Shown here in pieces: positions 18,959 through 29,078 of a stretch of 64,000 nt of DNA; position 1 is the first letter of the stretch, and every line of letters begins with the position of its first letter. The DNA comes from Candidatus Woesebacteria bacterium (GTDB lineage Bacteria > Patescibacteriota > Microgenomatia > UBA8517). The notes beneath the pieces were generated by a model, which saw only the letters and a program-made list of their open reading frames with translations, was not told where the DNA came from and searched no databases. The translations under genes and the position numbers were made by a program. The DNA lies in assembly GCA_963716475.1 (NCBI GenBank), contig OY970314.1, forward strand, positions 500,790-564,789, given 5' to 3'.

Positions 18959-19995
18959 ATTTCCAAGGTTTGCTTTGCAGTTTCTTCCCACGTAAACCCG
19001 CTGACCCGGGCTAATCCTTTTTCAATAAGTCCCTTGGGTCCGTCTAAAGTCTTCGCTATACCGTCGGCAATTGATGAGGCATCGTACGGATCCACGAGTA
19101 CCGCTGCACCGCCTGCCACTTCAGGCATCGAGGAAATGTTTGATGTTACAACAGGTACCCCACAGGCAAACGCATCCAAAATCGGGATTCCGTAACCCTC
19201 ATATAGTGACGCAAATATCAGGCCTCTCGAACCGGTCAGAAGCGCCCTCAGATCATTTTGTGGTACAAAGCCCAACACTCTCAGGTTCCTTTCCGGTTTC
19301 ACTTCAGTGCCGGAAGGTCTCCCGACAAGAACCAGTTTGAGTTCTTTTCCGGCGGAGCTTAAATGAAAAGCCTCGATAACTCTTTTGGTATTTTTAAGCT
19401 CTGTAACGCCGATTGAAATCAAATAGTCGCCCTGAATTTGATATTTTTTCTTTACGCTTTCAACCTGCGCTTCATTTGCCTTCGAAAAAGACGGGGCCTC
19501 GGGGATTACTCTGATTATATTCGTATCCACTCCTAAATCCGTAAGATCCGTCTTGGTTGAATTTGAAGGTACGATTATTCTTTTGCTTTCGCGGGTTACC
19601 CAGGAAAGTTTCCGCTTTTGAACCTCCAAAATTTTCGGGGGAACCATTTTGGGAAATTTCAAAGCATATAAATCATGAACCGTTGTAACCTTAAATGCGT
19701 TCGAAGGGGGCTCCGCCCAGTCCGACGTGTGGAAAACATCAATATTCCCGATTAATTTTTCGATTGGCAAAATATGAAATTTATTCCAAATAAGATCCGC
19801 CAAAACCGGGGGGATCGGAAATATACGGGCCTTCGGAAAGGATCGTAAAATGTCGCCACGCCTCCTGAAAGCCCCTGCAAAGAGCGTAAATTCATCTTCC
19901 GAATCAATCTTCAGAAGCGTTCTAACCAGATTCTCGGTGTATGTTGAAACACCCGTTCCGTAGACGATCTGACTGATATCAATTGCTACACGCAT
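18937..19995 (-). CDS. glycosyltransferase family 4
   Basis: 352 aa. LIFASLYEGYGIPILDAFACGVPVVTSNISSMPEVAGG. The 3' end overlaps the convergent gene by 22 bp. Confidence 0.8.
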   Translation of the reverse strand: MRVAIDISQIVYGTGVSTYTENLVRTLLKIDSEDEFTLFAGAFRRRGDILRSFPKARIFPIPPVLADLIWNKFHILPIEKLIGNIDVFHTSDWAEPPSNAFKVTTVHDLYALKFPKMVPPKILEVQKRKLSWVTRESKRIIVPSNSTKTDLTDLGVDTNIIRVIPEAPSFSKANEAQVESVKKKYQIQGDYLISIGVTELKNTKRVIEAFHLSSAGKELKLVLVGRPSGTEVKPERNLRVLGFVPQNDLRALLTGSRGLIFASLYEGYGIPILDAFACGVPVVTSNISSMPEVAGGAAVLVDPYDASSIADGIAKTLDGPKGLIEKGLARVSGFTWEETAKQTLEIYKEAEI

Positions 19996-20015
19996 AATCT
20001 TTTCTAGTTAATAAT

Positions 20016-21422
20016 TTACTTTGCGACAATGGTCGCATCTATTTTAAAAAAGGCAGACACGGCTCGGTTTTCCCAATTTTCCGGAAAGGCTGTAACCTGC
20101 CAAAAACGGATCAACCCCGAAGGCGGAAGCTGTTTCACTTCAATAATCTTTTGATTTTTGACAGGCGGAAGATCTTTAAGATAGCTAAACATGGCATCAA
20201 ATGATTGAGCGTAATTCTTTGCAATATACATGTCCGCGGCTAATGTGGATGTTATCCGGAAGCCGAAAAGAAAGATTAATAGCGAACTTATTATCACAAA
20301 CCCTTCAAACCATTTCTGTGCATATTCACTCCCCCTTCGGATCAGGTAACTCATAAAATAACTACCCGTGACCAGCGACAATAAAATAGTAAACGCCGTT
20401 GTTTCAAACGCTCTGTCCGGCAAAATTCTACCCAGCGACAGGTAACCGATAACCATTGGGGGAATACTTAGAAGAACCGGCGCGCTAAGAGTGAATAATA
20501 TTAAATTTATAAGGCTCTGTTTTTTTATCTTAGTCAAACTCTTCTGCACAAAGTCAAGTTTTGAAAAAAGGTAGGCTAGGGATATGAAAAGAGGCATCAG
20601 TAATAAAAAGTAGTTTTTAAAGATATCCCAAACCAGGTTTGGACCATCTCTTATAGCGTAGAATACGCTTCCCAGGGGGCTCATGGGGCTTGAGGTGGGT
20701 GAATTCATACGACCACTATTGCCCGGGCTTAAATATACGATAACCAAAGATATCGCAGTGGCCAAAAATACAAATAGTATCTGTTTCGAAAGGGTGGTAC
20801 GGGGCTTACTCCTCTGTATAAAAAAGTAGACAGTGGCTAGACCGCTTACCAGAAAATTTACAACCAAAACGGTTTCGTTTCCTCCACCTGCAAAAAATGC
20901 AAATACAAAAAGAAGCAAATACGCCCACCAAGATTTAACACCTCTAATTAATAATGAAATAACAATCAGGTCGAATAGGGTTGGCCAGAGATAGGTGGCA
21001 GCGCCGTTCAACCAATACCAACTGTCTCTTTGACTTGGTGTTATTACATAATATGTAACAAAAAGAATTCCGGTAAATAAAATATTTTTCCAATTAAAAA
21101 ATCTCAGTTTCGTCAGAGAACTAATAAAAAACGCCAGAGAAAGAAAACCTAAAGCGACGGTAATTAACGAAAAAATTACAGTTTTCCCTGTCGGACTCGA
21201 CATGGCACCGATTGACGAAATTAATAAATTGGATGTATATCTTCCCGTCAGGGACATATACCACCCTATTTGCCCGAAGAAAAAATTGCTATTCAGAAAA
21301 CCATTAGCAAAGCTAAAATCGTCAGCCGCCATCCTATTAAAAGGAATTATCGAGAAAATCTTGATAAAACCCAGCAAAGAGGTCGACACTAAAGCAAATA
21401 TTAAATATAGATCAATTCCCAT
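20016..21422 (-). CDS. polytopic membrane protein, possible GT-C-fold transferase or polymerase (hypothetical)
   Basis: 468 aa, at least 10 predicted TM. Acidic first loop (NRMAADDFSFANGF). Confidence 0.4.
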   Translation of the reverse strand: MGIDLYLIFALVSTSLLGFIKIFSIIPFNRMAADDFSFANGFLNSNFFFGQIGWYMSLTGRYTSNLLISSIGAMSSPTGKTVIFSLITVALGFLSLAFFISSLTKLRFFNWKNILFTGILFVTYYVITPSQRDSWYWLNGAATYLWPTLFDLIVISLLIRGVKSWWAYLLLFVFAFFAGGGNETVLVVNFLVSGLATVYFFIQRSKPRTTLSKQILFVFLATAISLVIVYLSPGNSGRMNSPTSSPMSPLGSVFYAIRDGPNLVWDIFKNYFLLLMPLFISLAYLFSKLDFVQKSLTKIKKQSLINLILFTLSAPVLLSIPPMVIGYLSLGRILPDRAFETTAFTILLSLVTGSYFMSYLIRRGSEYAQKWFEGFVIISSLLIFLFGFRITSTLAADMYIAKNYAQSFDAMFSYLKDLPPVKNQKIIEVKQLPPSGLIRFWQVTAFPENWENRAVSAFFKIDATIVAK

Positions 21423-21481
21423 ACAAAACTCTTCAATTATATCTTATTTTAGAGTTTTGCAAGTGTTCGGCTATCGTGTTT

Positions 21482-22318
21482 TTATTTTGCCTGACGACCT
21501 TGAAGATATTCTAAAATCCCTACGAAAATTCCGAAATCATAAGTAATTTTAAACTGTATAAATGCTGGTGTGCGGGAGGTAACTGACTTCCATATACCGA
21601 CGATTAGAGAAACGGGAAGAATAGTCCTCCCTGCGCCGATTATCATTCCCAATTTTCCGAATTTATAATTTCTCTTTCCGACCCATTTGGCATGACTAAA
21701 AATCTCTCCAAGCGACGAAGGGTTTTTATGATAAAAAATAGCTCCTTGGGTATTCACTGCTTCATAACCGAGTTTCCCGTAAAGACTCCAGTCGTCATCG
21801 TAGCCGCCGGGAGTAAATCCGCCTACTTTATCAAACTCACTTTTCAGAATCGCCCTGAAGACCGGTTGATAATCCGGATAATTTTCAGGGTGTCGCTTTT
21901 TGGCTTCCCATCCTTCGTTTATGTTCCAGCATCTGGCCCAAACATTTTGCCAGTTTGCCACGTATTCTTCCTTACTGAAAGTTCCTTTTGCTTTACCATC
22001 AACAATCGGTGCTATGAGATTTTTTAAGAAATCTTTTTCAAAGGTCATATCCGCATCCACGAAAACCAAAATTTCTCCTTTTGACAACCCAGCGCCTGCA
22101 TTTCTGGCTGCCCCTGTTCCGAGGTGACTTTGCTTGATAAATCTGAAGTTCTGTAAAGATCTTTTTAAGTTTTTTAATACCCCGAGTGTTCCGTCTGTCG
22201 AACCGTCATCAACAACAATAATTTCAAAATCATTTTGGGTTTGCTCCCCCAACGATTGTATGCAATCTTCAAGAACTCCTTTTTCGTTATAAGATGGAAT
22301 AATGGTGGATATTTTCAT
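21482..22318 (-). CDS. glycosyltransferase family 2 (GT-A)
   Basis: 278 aa. ISTIIPSYNEKGVLEDCIQSLGEQTQNDFEIIVVDDGSTDGT...VFVDADM (DxD). Confidence 0.8.
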   Translation of the reverse strand: MKISTIIPSYNEKGVLEDCIQSLGEQTQNDFEIIVVDDGSTDGTLGVLKNLKRSLQNFRFIKQSHLGTGAARNAGAGLSKGEILVFVDADMTFEKDFLKNLIAPIVDGKAKGTFSKEEYVANWQNVWARCWNINEGWEAKKRHPENYPDYQPVFRAILKSEFDKVGGFTPGGYDDDWSLYGKLGYEAVNTQGAIFYHKNPSSLGEIFSHAKWVGKRNYKFGKLGMIIGAGRTILPVSLIVGIWKSVTSRTPAFIQFKITYDFGIFVGILEYLQGRQAK

Positions 22319-22340
22319 TTGATAATTTCAGCCAAATAAA

Positions 22341-23248
22341 TTATTCATACTTTCTCGCAATCCCGTCCCAGGAAAATTTCTCAGCTTGTTTTCTGGGTTT
22401 ATCGTCCCAATTTGTTTCCAAGGTCTTTTGTAAAGCCTTTGCATATTCATCGGTGTTGGTTGGGATCGGTAAAAAGTCCGGCTTCTCCCACTATTTCGCG
22501 TCTCACAGGATCATCGGTTGCCACAACCGGAAGCCCCGATGCCATCGCTTCAACCAAAACATTACCAAAAGACTCGGATGATGCTGACGGCAATGTAAAA
22601 ATGTCAGCGCTCCTATAAACTTCCGGCATTTTTTCGAAAGGAACCGAAATCATTTCAAATTTACCTCTAAGGGTCTCTGTACCCATTCTTTTTATTTCCT
22701 CAGTCTTATCCCCCCCTCCGGCAGCAATAAGTAAATTTACATTTTCCAGTTTTGCAACAGCCTTAATAACTAAATCCAGTCTTTTTTGTTCCGTCGCAGC
22801 TCCTACGCAAAGAATCGTCTTTGTCCGATTCCCAATTCCTCTACTTTTAGATTTAAATCTTTCGAGGTCAACTCCGTTGGGTATATATATAGATTTAACA
22901 AAAGGGTTCACTTTCCTTGCCCAGCCTAGTGCTTTCGAAGATAAGAGCAACAAAAGTGTCCGGAAATGTATAGAGGTTAACGCGATCATCCCATCCTATG
23001 CCCGACTGTCCCGAGACGACCATTTTGCCTCCTGTCAGCCAGGTTATTTTTCGCGTTATGATAACCTGTAAGCGTCCGTTTGTCGGAATTACTACATCAT
23101 ATTTTTTCTTCAGAAGTTTGAAGTAGTTTATCTCGGCGATTACATCAACTTCGTGGTTTTTGGAAAGTCTTTTGGACAGCTCATAGACAAAAGTCTCGGC
23201 TCCCCGGGAAACCTTATTTTGATATCTGTTTAAAAAAGCAATTTTCAC
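22341..23248 (-). pseudogene. glycosyltransferase family 4 gene disrupted by two frameshifts (or sequencing errors)
   Basis: Three consecutive minus-strand frames encode the N-, middle and C-terminal GT4 parts. (1) 22895-23248: MKIAFLNRYQNKVSRGAETFVYEL... (2) 22447-22989: ...ILCVGAATEQKRLDLVIKAV...SESFGNVLVEAMASGLPVVATDDPVRREIVGEAGLFTDP. (3) 22341-22466: DFLPIPTNTDEYAKALQKTLETNWDDKPRKQAEKFSWDGIARKYE*. Frame switches occur near 22900-22990 and near 22447-22466; an AAAAA run lies at 22463-22467. Confidence 0.6.
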
Positions 23249-24666
23249 TTGTTTGAAATAAGTATTTCTATACCATCCACTTTTTCTCTTAACACATAGT
23301 TTACTGTTACATAATCATAAACTTTTTGCGGAATGTACGCCGAAAGACCCGACTCCGAATATGAATTAAGAAGAATGATTTTAGGTTTTGAATTTTTAAG
23401 GTCTTCGACCATTTTATCCTGAATTCCGGGCAGCTCCGTATACCAGGAAAGTTGTGGCATCCAGGGATCGACTGCCGGTAACGTGTCACTCAAAGCGTAA
23501 ATGTTGTCCCACCAGTTCATAACAAAAATTTTGTCTCCCGGGTTGGTATTATATTTTACGTATAAAACCAAATCCTGTACGTCACTCTCGTAAAACCTGA
23601 CACCTTCATTGAAATTTCTCATAAAGAACCCGCCAAAAAGATAAATACTTCCCAAAATGTAAAAAAACAGGAATATTTTAATCAACTTTTCTTTTAAAAA
23701 CTTATCGGAGAAAAAGATTCCGGTCGCGATTGCTAAAAAGGGAATCGCGGGCTGAAAATGAAAATATTCAAATCGCGGATATGCCCCGAGTGATCCGGCA
23801 ACTGCCCAAATAAGCAAATTAATATTTTTCCGACCCGTTTTCCAAATCAGAGGAATAAATATCAAAAACGGAAATGCCGAGACGACCAGATTTTTTAAAT
23901 CCGGTAATTGTATTTGCCCCTGAGCCTTGGGTAAAACAATAATCCCAAAATGAATAGCCCATTCGTAAAAGCCGGGCAAGATACCCAGTGACCATAAAAC
24001 CAAAACGCTCGTGATAGTAACAAGAAATACCCCTATGATAAATTTCTTGAAATTTTGTATTAAGTACCGCGTACTCTGTGTCAATTCCAACCCGATTGGA
24101 AGTAAAAACCAGACAGCCGTCTGTTTTGAAAGAAATGCAATTGCCCAAAAAATTCCTGCCCAAAAATTTTTTTTCTTTTTAATAAAGTAATAGGATATTA
24201 AAACCGGTACTCCCATAAACAAATCAAACCAAAGTCCGTTTCCGTCAAAAAACAGCTGCCAGAAAATAAAAGAACCTAGAGCGATTAGGGCCGTTTTGAT
24301 ACTCCAAAGTTTCTTGCCTACCCAAAATACCAAAAAATCCAATATCAAAATTAAAATCCAGGTAAATATTTTTAATTGAAGAATACCCGTACCGAAGATT
24401 TTGTAGAAAATTGCAAGCTTAAACAACATTAAGGGCGTATGGGCAATTGCAATATCGCGGTAGGGCAGCCAGCCTTTGGTTATAAGGTACGGCCAGAGAG
24501 TCATTTCCGGCCAGGCAGTAAATTTTAAGTAAATCAACAGAACAAGATGAACTAAAACGGCTCCGAAGAGAAGGAGTGTAGAATTTTTCTTGATAAAATT
24601 TAACATTTCAATAGCCGGGTTTCCCCCACCATACCCTCCTTTTAATTTTTCGGAGCGGAGTTTCAA
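23245..24666 (-). CDS. polytopic membrane protein, possible GT-C-fold glycosyltransferase (hypothetical)
   Basis: 473 aa. Loop ITKGWLPYRDIAIAHTPL after the first helices, then many TM. The start is probably the internal M (MLNFIKK, about 24606), which removes the overlap with the next gene. Confidence 0.4.
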   Translation of the reverse strand: MKLRSEKLKGGYGGGNPAIEMLNFIKKNSTLLLFGAVLVHLVLLIYLKFTAWPEMTLWPYLITKGWLPYRDIAIAHTPLMLFKLAIFYKIFGTGILQLKIFTWILILILDFLVFWVGKKLWSIKTALIALGSFIFWQLFFDGNGLWFDLFMGVPVLISYYFIKKKKNFWAGIFWAIAFLSKQTAVWFLLPIGLELTQSTRYLIQNFKKFIIGVFLVTITSVLVLWSLGILPGFYEWAIHFGIIVLPKAQGQIQLPDLKNLVVSAFPFLIFIPLIWKTGRKNINLLIWAVAGSLGAYPRFEYFHFQPAIPFLAIATGIFFSDKFLKEKLIKIFLFFYILGSIYLFGGFFMRNFNEGVRFYESDVQDLVLYVKYNTNPGDKIFVMNWWDNIYALSDTLPAVDPWMPQLSWYTELPGIQDKMVEDLKNSKPKIILLNSYSESGLSAYIPQKVYDYVTVNYVLREKVDGIEILISNK

Positions 24667-25558
24667 AAATGGATTTTATCGTAAAAGGAACATCCATCGT
24701 CTTCCAGGGGCTTTCTACTATCACCGGTCTGGGTTTGAAAAACACTTCCGGGTAGTAAAAGTCCTTTGGAAACGGAATTCCCATCTCATATTTCCGTTTC
24801 ATTTTCCTTTTTACAACTTCGGCATCTCTGTCTCCGCCGGATCTGGACAAATGGGTAACGTGCATATATGGGGCGTTTATAAATGCTATTTTCTTCGGAT
24901 CTCTGTCTTGGATCATCTTTCCTTCGCCGTCTACCCAACCCCAAACGCCATGAACCCCCTGAGAATGTAAACCGGGAATTTTTCTATTGATTGCCCGTAG
25001 GGCAAAATGCCCAACCTTACCGGCAAGTTTATATCTGCCGGCTTTTTCTTCCTGACGATGAAACATATCCCCGACCGGCAAGATCGCAGGAACGACTATT
25101 GACTCAAGTTCGTCCCCTCTCTCCTGAATCAAATCAACAACTTTCCGTATGGAGTCCTCCCACCAAATTTCATCGGCATCGACAACAATAAACCAGTCCG
25201 CTACAGTCTTGTCCAGCATTTTTTCCCGCGTCCATGGAAAAAAACTTTCATCCTGATATAATTCTGCGGCGGGCGGAGTCTGATCCAGCATATGTTGTCT
25301 GGCAAACTCCTCATCAAAATCCTGCATCATTGCGTCTTCGTAAAATACCTTACCCTGGCTTTTGGACAAATCTAGTATTTTATCGACCACGGCCCGGGTG
25401 TAATCTCGACTGCCCATATCCCAAATCCTTATTCTGTCGACGTATTTATAAACCGACATTACTGCATACCACACAAACTTTGCTTCATTTTTTACCAGAG
25501 TGTGAACCGAAATTATTTTCTTACGTTTCATTTTTTGCCCAGTAGTGTCTGATAACAA
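24608..25558 (-). CDS. GT-A-fold glycosyltransferase (GT2-like), soluble
   Basis: 316 aa. ISVHTLVKNEAKFVWYAVMSV...IRIWDMGSRDYT...FIVVDADEIW (DxD-like DADE). Visibly higher GC than its neighbours. Confidence 0.5.
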   Translation of the reverse strand: MLSDTTGQKMKRKKIISVHTLVKNEAKFVWYAVMSVYKYVDRIRIWDMGSRDYTRAVVDKILDLSKSQGKVFYEDAMMQDFDEEFARQHMLDQTPPAAELYQDESFFPWTREKMLDKTVADWFIVVDADEIWWEDSIRKVVDLIQERGDELESIVVPAILPVGDMFHRQEEKAGRYKLAGKVGHFALRAINRKIPGLHSQGVHGVWGWVDGEGKMIQDRDPKKIAFINAPYMHVTHLSRSGGDRDAEVVKRKMKRKYEMGIPFPKDFYYPEVFFKPRPVIVESPWKTMDVPFTIKSIFETPLRKIKRRVWWGKPGY

Positions 25559-26807
25559 TTACCCATGTGTAAGTTGCTAAAATGATATTTGTAACACCTA
25601 AAGTAATTGTTGGCCCGAAAACCCCAAATTTAGGAATTAGGACAAAGTTCAAAATGAAAATTGCGGCTATCTGAAAAAACGAAAATGCTCCGATAAACAC
25701 CGTTTTCTTCATCGCATATATAATTGCTGTTACTGAAGGAACGGTAAATAAAAAGGGGATTTGGGCTGCCGCCAGCGCCTGAAAAACAGGAACTGACTCT
25801 AGATATTTCGTTCCGAAAAGAGTCAGTATGAACGGTTTTGCAATAATTATCCAAAGTACTATTCCAGCAGTAATCGGAAGAAGTGCCAAAAGAGATTTCA
25901 TAATGTATTTTTTCTCAATTTCCTTATTTCCAAACCCGGCAAGCCTCGGCGCAAGTACCGAAGAAAAACTTCCTGCAAGAACTATGATAAAAGAAGCAAG
26001 CCGTGAGGGAATTGAATACAGTCCGGTAGCAAACGCACCGGCCATCGTCGCCAACATTTGAATATCAAGTCTTCCGGAAACTGATGAAACAATTCTATTT
26101 ACGCCAATCCAGCCAGAATACTTGAGAAGATTTTTATACTCGTCCTTTTCGGGTTTTGCCCTCAGGAAATCAGTCTTTAGAAAAATCAAGATCAAAATAA
26201 CCTCCACAACAAATCCGGCACCAAACGCCCAAAACGCCTTTGACATTGTCAGGGCTCCGATTACATAAAAAGCAAACGCAAACAAAAATCTTACCAAATA
26301 GAAAACATTATCAATTACTGTAGAGTGGAGAAACTTTTTCTTTGCCTGCAAAATATATGGGAAAAACGCATCGGGAAAAAGAAAAATCGGAATAATTGCG
26401 GACCAAATAGCAATTCCCGGGTCGCGTGTGGCCAAAAAGGTCCTTGAAACAAATGGGGCAAAAATAAAAATAACGGCCGAGACAAAAAAAACAATAACAA
26501 GCCTGACTACAAACGCTGCTTTTATATACTGATTGGCTTTTTCAGGCTCACCTTTTGCTGTGTGGGTAGAAACAAAATTCACTGATCCTGTCGAAATCCC
26601 AATGTCTGAAAGGGACGCAAGAATGGTAACAAGGTTAATCGCTGCCGAAAAAATTCCAAAATCATACACACTGAAGGAGCGGGCAACAAATAATGTAAAA
26701 AGAAAGCCCAAAAATGCTGAGCTTGTATTACCGATAAATAGAACAAAGGTGTCCTTCGCCGTTCCCGAAAAAAGTATGTGCCTCACCAAATCGTAATATC
26801 TTCTCAC
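25521..26807 (-). CDS. wzx: oligosaccharide/polysaccharide flippase, Wzx-like (MOP superfamily)
   Basis: 428 aa, about 12 TM. The N-terminus (RHILFSGTAKDTFVLFIGNTSSAFLGFLFTLFVARSFSVYDFGIFSAAINL) is typical of the polysaccharide biosynthesis protein family. Confidence 0.65.
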   Translation of the reverse strand: MRRYYDLVRHILFSGTAKDTFVLFIGNTSSAFLGFLFTLFVARSFSVYDFGIFSAAINLVTILASLSDIGISTGSVNFVSTHTAKGEPEKANQYIKAAFVVRLVIVFFVSAVIFIFAPFVSRTFLATRDPGIAIWSAIIPIFLFPDAFFPYILQAKKKFLHSTVIDNVFYLVRFLFAFAFYVIGALTMSKAFWAFGAGFVVEVILILIFLKTDFLRAKPEKDEYKNLLKYSGWIGVNRIVSSVSGRLDIQMLATMAGAFATGLYSIPSRLASFIIVLAGSFSSVLAPRLAGFGNKEIEKKYIMKSLLALLPITAGIVLWIIIAKPFILTLFGTKYLESVPVFQALAAAQIPFLFTVPSVTAIIYAMKKTVFIGAFSFFQIAAIFILNFVLIPKFGVFGPTITLGVTNIILATYTWVIVIRHYWAKNET

Positions 26808-26819
26808 ACCGTTATTTTA

Positions 26820-28376
26820 CTATTTCCTGACTAGAAGGACAGCTGAAGAATCTTGTCGTTCATAATCATCACTTGCACTAACTTTGTAAATTCCTTTCAA
26901 AGTAAATTCTTTTGCAATTTCAGTGCATCCGTCACATGTCCATTTTTTTGGATCCCCCGGATTATTAAATATCAATCTCCAATCAGTACCCATATAATAG
27001 TTCTCGTCGTCTATTAAATAACTTGTCAGGTAAATCGCATCAAAGGGAATTTTGCCGGTATCGGGGTCTATTAATTGCTTTGGCTCAAGCGGAAACCAAA
27101 CGGTCTTCCTTTCTCCATACCAGCTTCCCCAAGTGTCCAAATTTGTAAGTACAACATCCGCCATATTAGTATTGTCACGAAGTTTATAGGAAAGCTCAAC
27201 ATATACAGGAGGTTTCCCAACGTTGTGAGTGTTCCTTTCAAATCTGGAGTCGAGAACTAGTACCCCAAGAGTTTGTCCAACCCCAAAAACCAGAATTAAG
27301 AATGTAGAAGCTAGAATCACAAACTTCTTATTACTCGATATTTGACCCATTATCGAAACAAGTGTCCCAACAGCAATAATATATACAAGAGGAATTATTG
27401 GGTGGATATATCTATAAAAAGGAATGCTTGCTGCCGTAACCAAAAGGGTAACGGCTGCCATAAAGACCGAGGCAAACTTGAAACCGGACAAAAGTCTTAC
27501 TTGCCCTTCCGTGGCTTTAGGCGAAGGAGGGACAAATAAACCTATTACGAATAGTGCAAAAAGATACGGACTAATTATCTGTGGGAGAAGTTTGTAAAAG
27601 TTATAGAGATTGTAAAAAATATTTTTAAGAGTTTGACCAATTCCTCCGACCGCAACTACTGCGCCTCGAAGTGAACCAGATGCAACCCCAGATTGATTAA
27701 ATGACGAACCAATTCCTCTGCCAATAATAGAATACAAAAAATAATTCCCTGAAATAATCAATAAAATAAAGTGATCTATCAAAAAACCTGCAACTAAAAT
27801 TCCAGAAAAATAAATCGCCGCCTTTTTAATATTGAAATTTATCAAAAGCCAATAAAGAATTACTCCTGCTATATAAATAAAGGCTTGACGACGCGTGAAA
27901 TACATTAACACTAAAAACAAAAAGGCAATTACTGTCCCCCACTTCTTCTTTAAAGAAATGAAGTATGAAGCAGCCACTATTTCAAAAATAAATGGAGATT
28001 CGGAGGCTCCGTCAGTGGCATAATTTATAAGATCATAATTAAATCCGATGGTAAGGGTTGAAAGAACCCCAGCGAGATTGCTACGGAATATTTTTTTAGA
28101 CAATAGAAATACAAAAACGAGGGTAAGAATAAAATAGAAAAATGATGTGGCAATTACTGCAAAATCAGTAACCCCAAAGACTTTAAAAAAGCTGGCAATT
28201 GAAAAAGGCATAATCGGTGGTGTCCATAAGGCTGAAAATGTGTTTTGCTTTAAAAAACCAAATATTGAGCTATCCCAAAAGTTAAAACTACCACCATAAC
28301 CTAAACCATTTACCAAATTTCTGGCAATATCTGCAAACTTGGCTGCATCAGAAAAATGTAGATAAAAATCAAGCAT
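26820..28376 (-). CDS. polytopic GT-C-fold glycosyltransferase candidate (ArnT/PMT_2-like, divergent)
   Basis: 518 aa. N-terminal HFSDAAKFADIARNLVNGLGYGG resembles the D-x-x-x-Y-A-x-I-A loop of ArnT-type GT-C enzymes. At least 10 TM, plus a C-terminal soluble domain with 3 Cys. Confidence 0.45.
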   Translation of the reverse strand: MLDFYLHFSDAAKFADIARNLVNGLGYGGSFNFWDSSIFGFLKQNTFSALWTPPIMPFSIASFFKVFGVTDFAVIATSFFYFILTLVFVFLLSKKIFRSNLAGVLSTLTIGFNYDLINYATDGASESPFIFEIVAASYFISLKKKWGTVIAFLFLVLMYFTRRQAFIYIAGVILYWLLINFNIKKAAIYFSGILVAGFLIDHFILLIISGNYFLYSIIGRGIGSSFNQSGVASGSLRGAVVAVGGIGQTLKNIFYNLYNFYKLLPQIISPYLFALFVIGLFVPPSPKATEGQVRLLSGFKFASVFMAAVTLLVTAASIPFYRYIHPIIPLVYIIAVGTLVSIMGQISSNKKFVILASTFLILVFGVGQTLGVLVLDSRFERNTHNVGKPPVYVELSYKLRDNTNMADVVLTNLDTWGSWYGERKTVWFPLEPKQLIDPDTGKIPFDAIYLTSYLIDDENYYMGTDWRLIFNNPGDPKKWTCDGCTEIAKEFTLKGIYKVSASDDYERQDSSAVLLVRK

Positions 28377-28469
28377 CGTGATAATATTATCAGTTTTTAT
28401 TCTAGAGTATCATATCAAACTAAACAAATATTGAAACGGTAATCTTATGTATAATAAATAACAATTTCA

Positions 28470-29078
28470 ATGAGTAAGGTCGGCAAAATGGTAAAAAGGC
28501 TAAAAGCCACAAAATTAAGCAAAAAAATTATTTGGTTATTTTTCACAACGATAAAACCAAGAGGCGGTCCACAATCTACTAAAGAAAAACAAGAATTAAT
28601 AATCAAATTGGCTCAAAAGAACAAGATATCAAATTTTATTGAGACCGGCACCTATATCGGAGAAACGGTAAAGGCTATCATCCCATTTTTCAAAAACATT
28701 TACACTATAGAACTAAATAAAAAGTTGTACCTATACAATAAAAAAAGGTTTTACAAAAATAGCAAGGTAAAGGTTGTTTGGGGAAATAGCTATTTGAAAC
28801 TTAAACAGATTTTACCCAAGCTAAAAAGACCAATATTTTTCTGGTTAGATGCTCATTACTCCGGAGGAATAACTTCTAAAACAAAAAAACAAACTCCAAT
28901 AGAAGAAGAACTAGCAACTATTGTAAAATATTGGAGAAAAGGAAGCATCGTACTAATAGACGATGCAAGGCTTTTCAACGGTAAGCGAGGATATCCCACA
29001 ATCGAAAAAATTGTAAAAATATTTTCAAAAAAGAATGTCATAATAAAAATTACGAAAGACATAATAACAATCGAGTGA
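28470..29078 (+). CDS. class I SAM-dependent methyltransferase, Methyltransf_24-like (probable sugar O-methyltransferase)
   Basis: 202 aa. IETGTYIGETV (motif I-like) and IFFWLDAHYSGG...GSIVLIDDARLF match the f.D.dH...g.ivfDD pattern. Extremely AT-rich gene. Confidence 0.55.
   Translation: MSKVGKMVKRLKATKLSKKIIWLFFTTIKPRGGPQSTKEKQELIIKLAQKNKISNFIETGTYIGETVKAIIPFFKNIYTIELNKKLYLYNKKRFYKNSKVKVVWGNSYLKLKQILPKLKRPIFFWLDAHYSGGITSKTKKQTPIEEELATIVKYWRKGSIVLIDDARLFNGKRGYPTIEKIVKIFSKKNVIIKITKDIITIE

Noticed and set aside
21202-21546. Plus-strand 114-aa ORF spanning the 21423-21481 intergenic gap
   Set aside because: It overlaps the ends of two well-supported minus-strand genes and has no motif. It is likely spurious.
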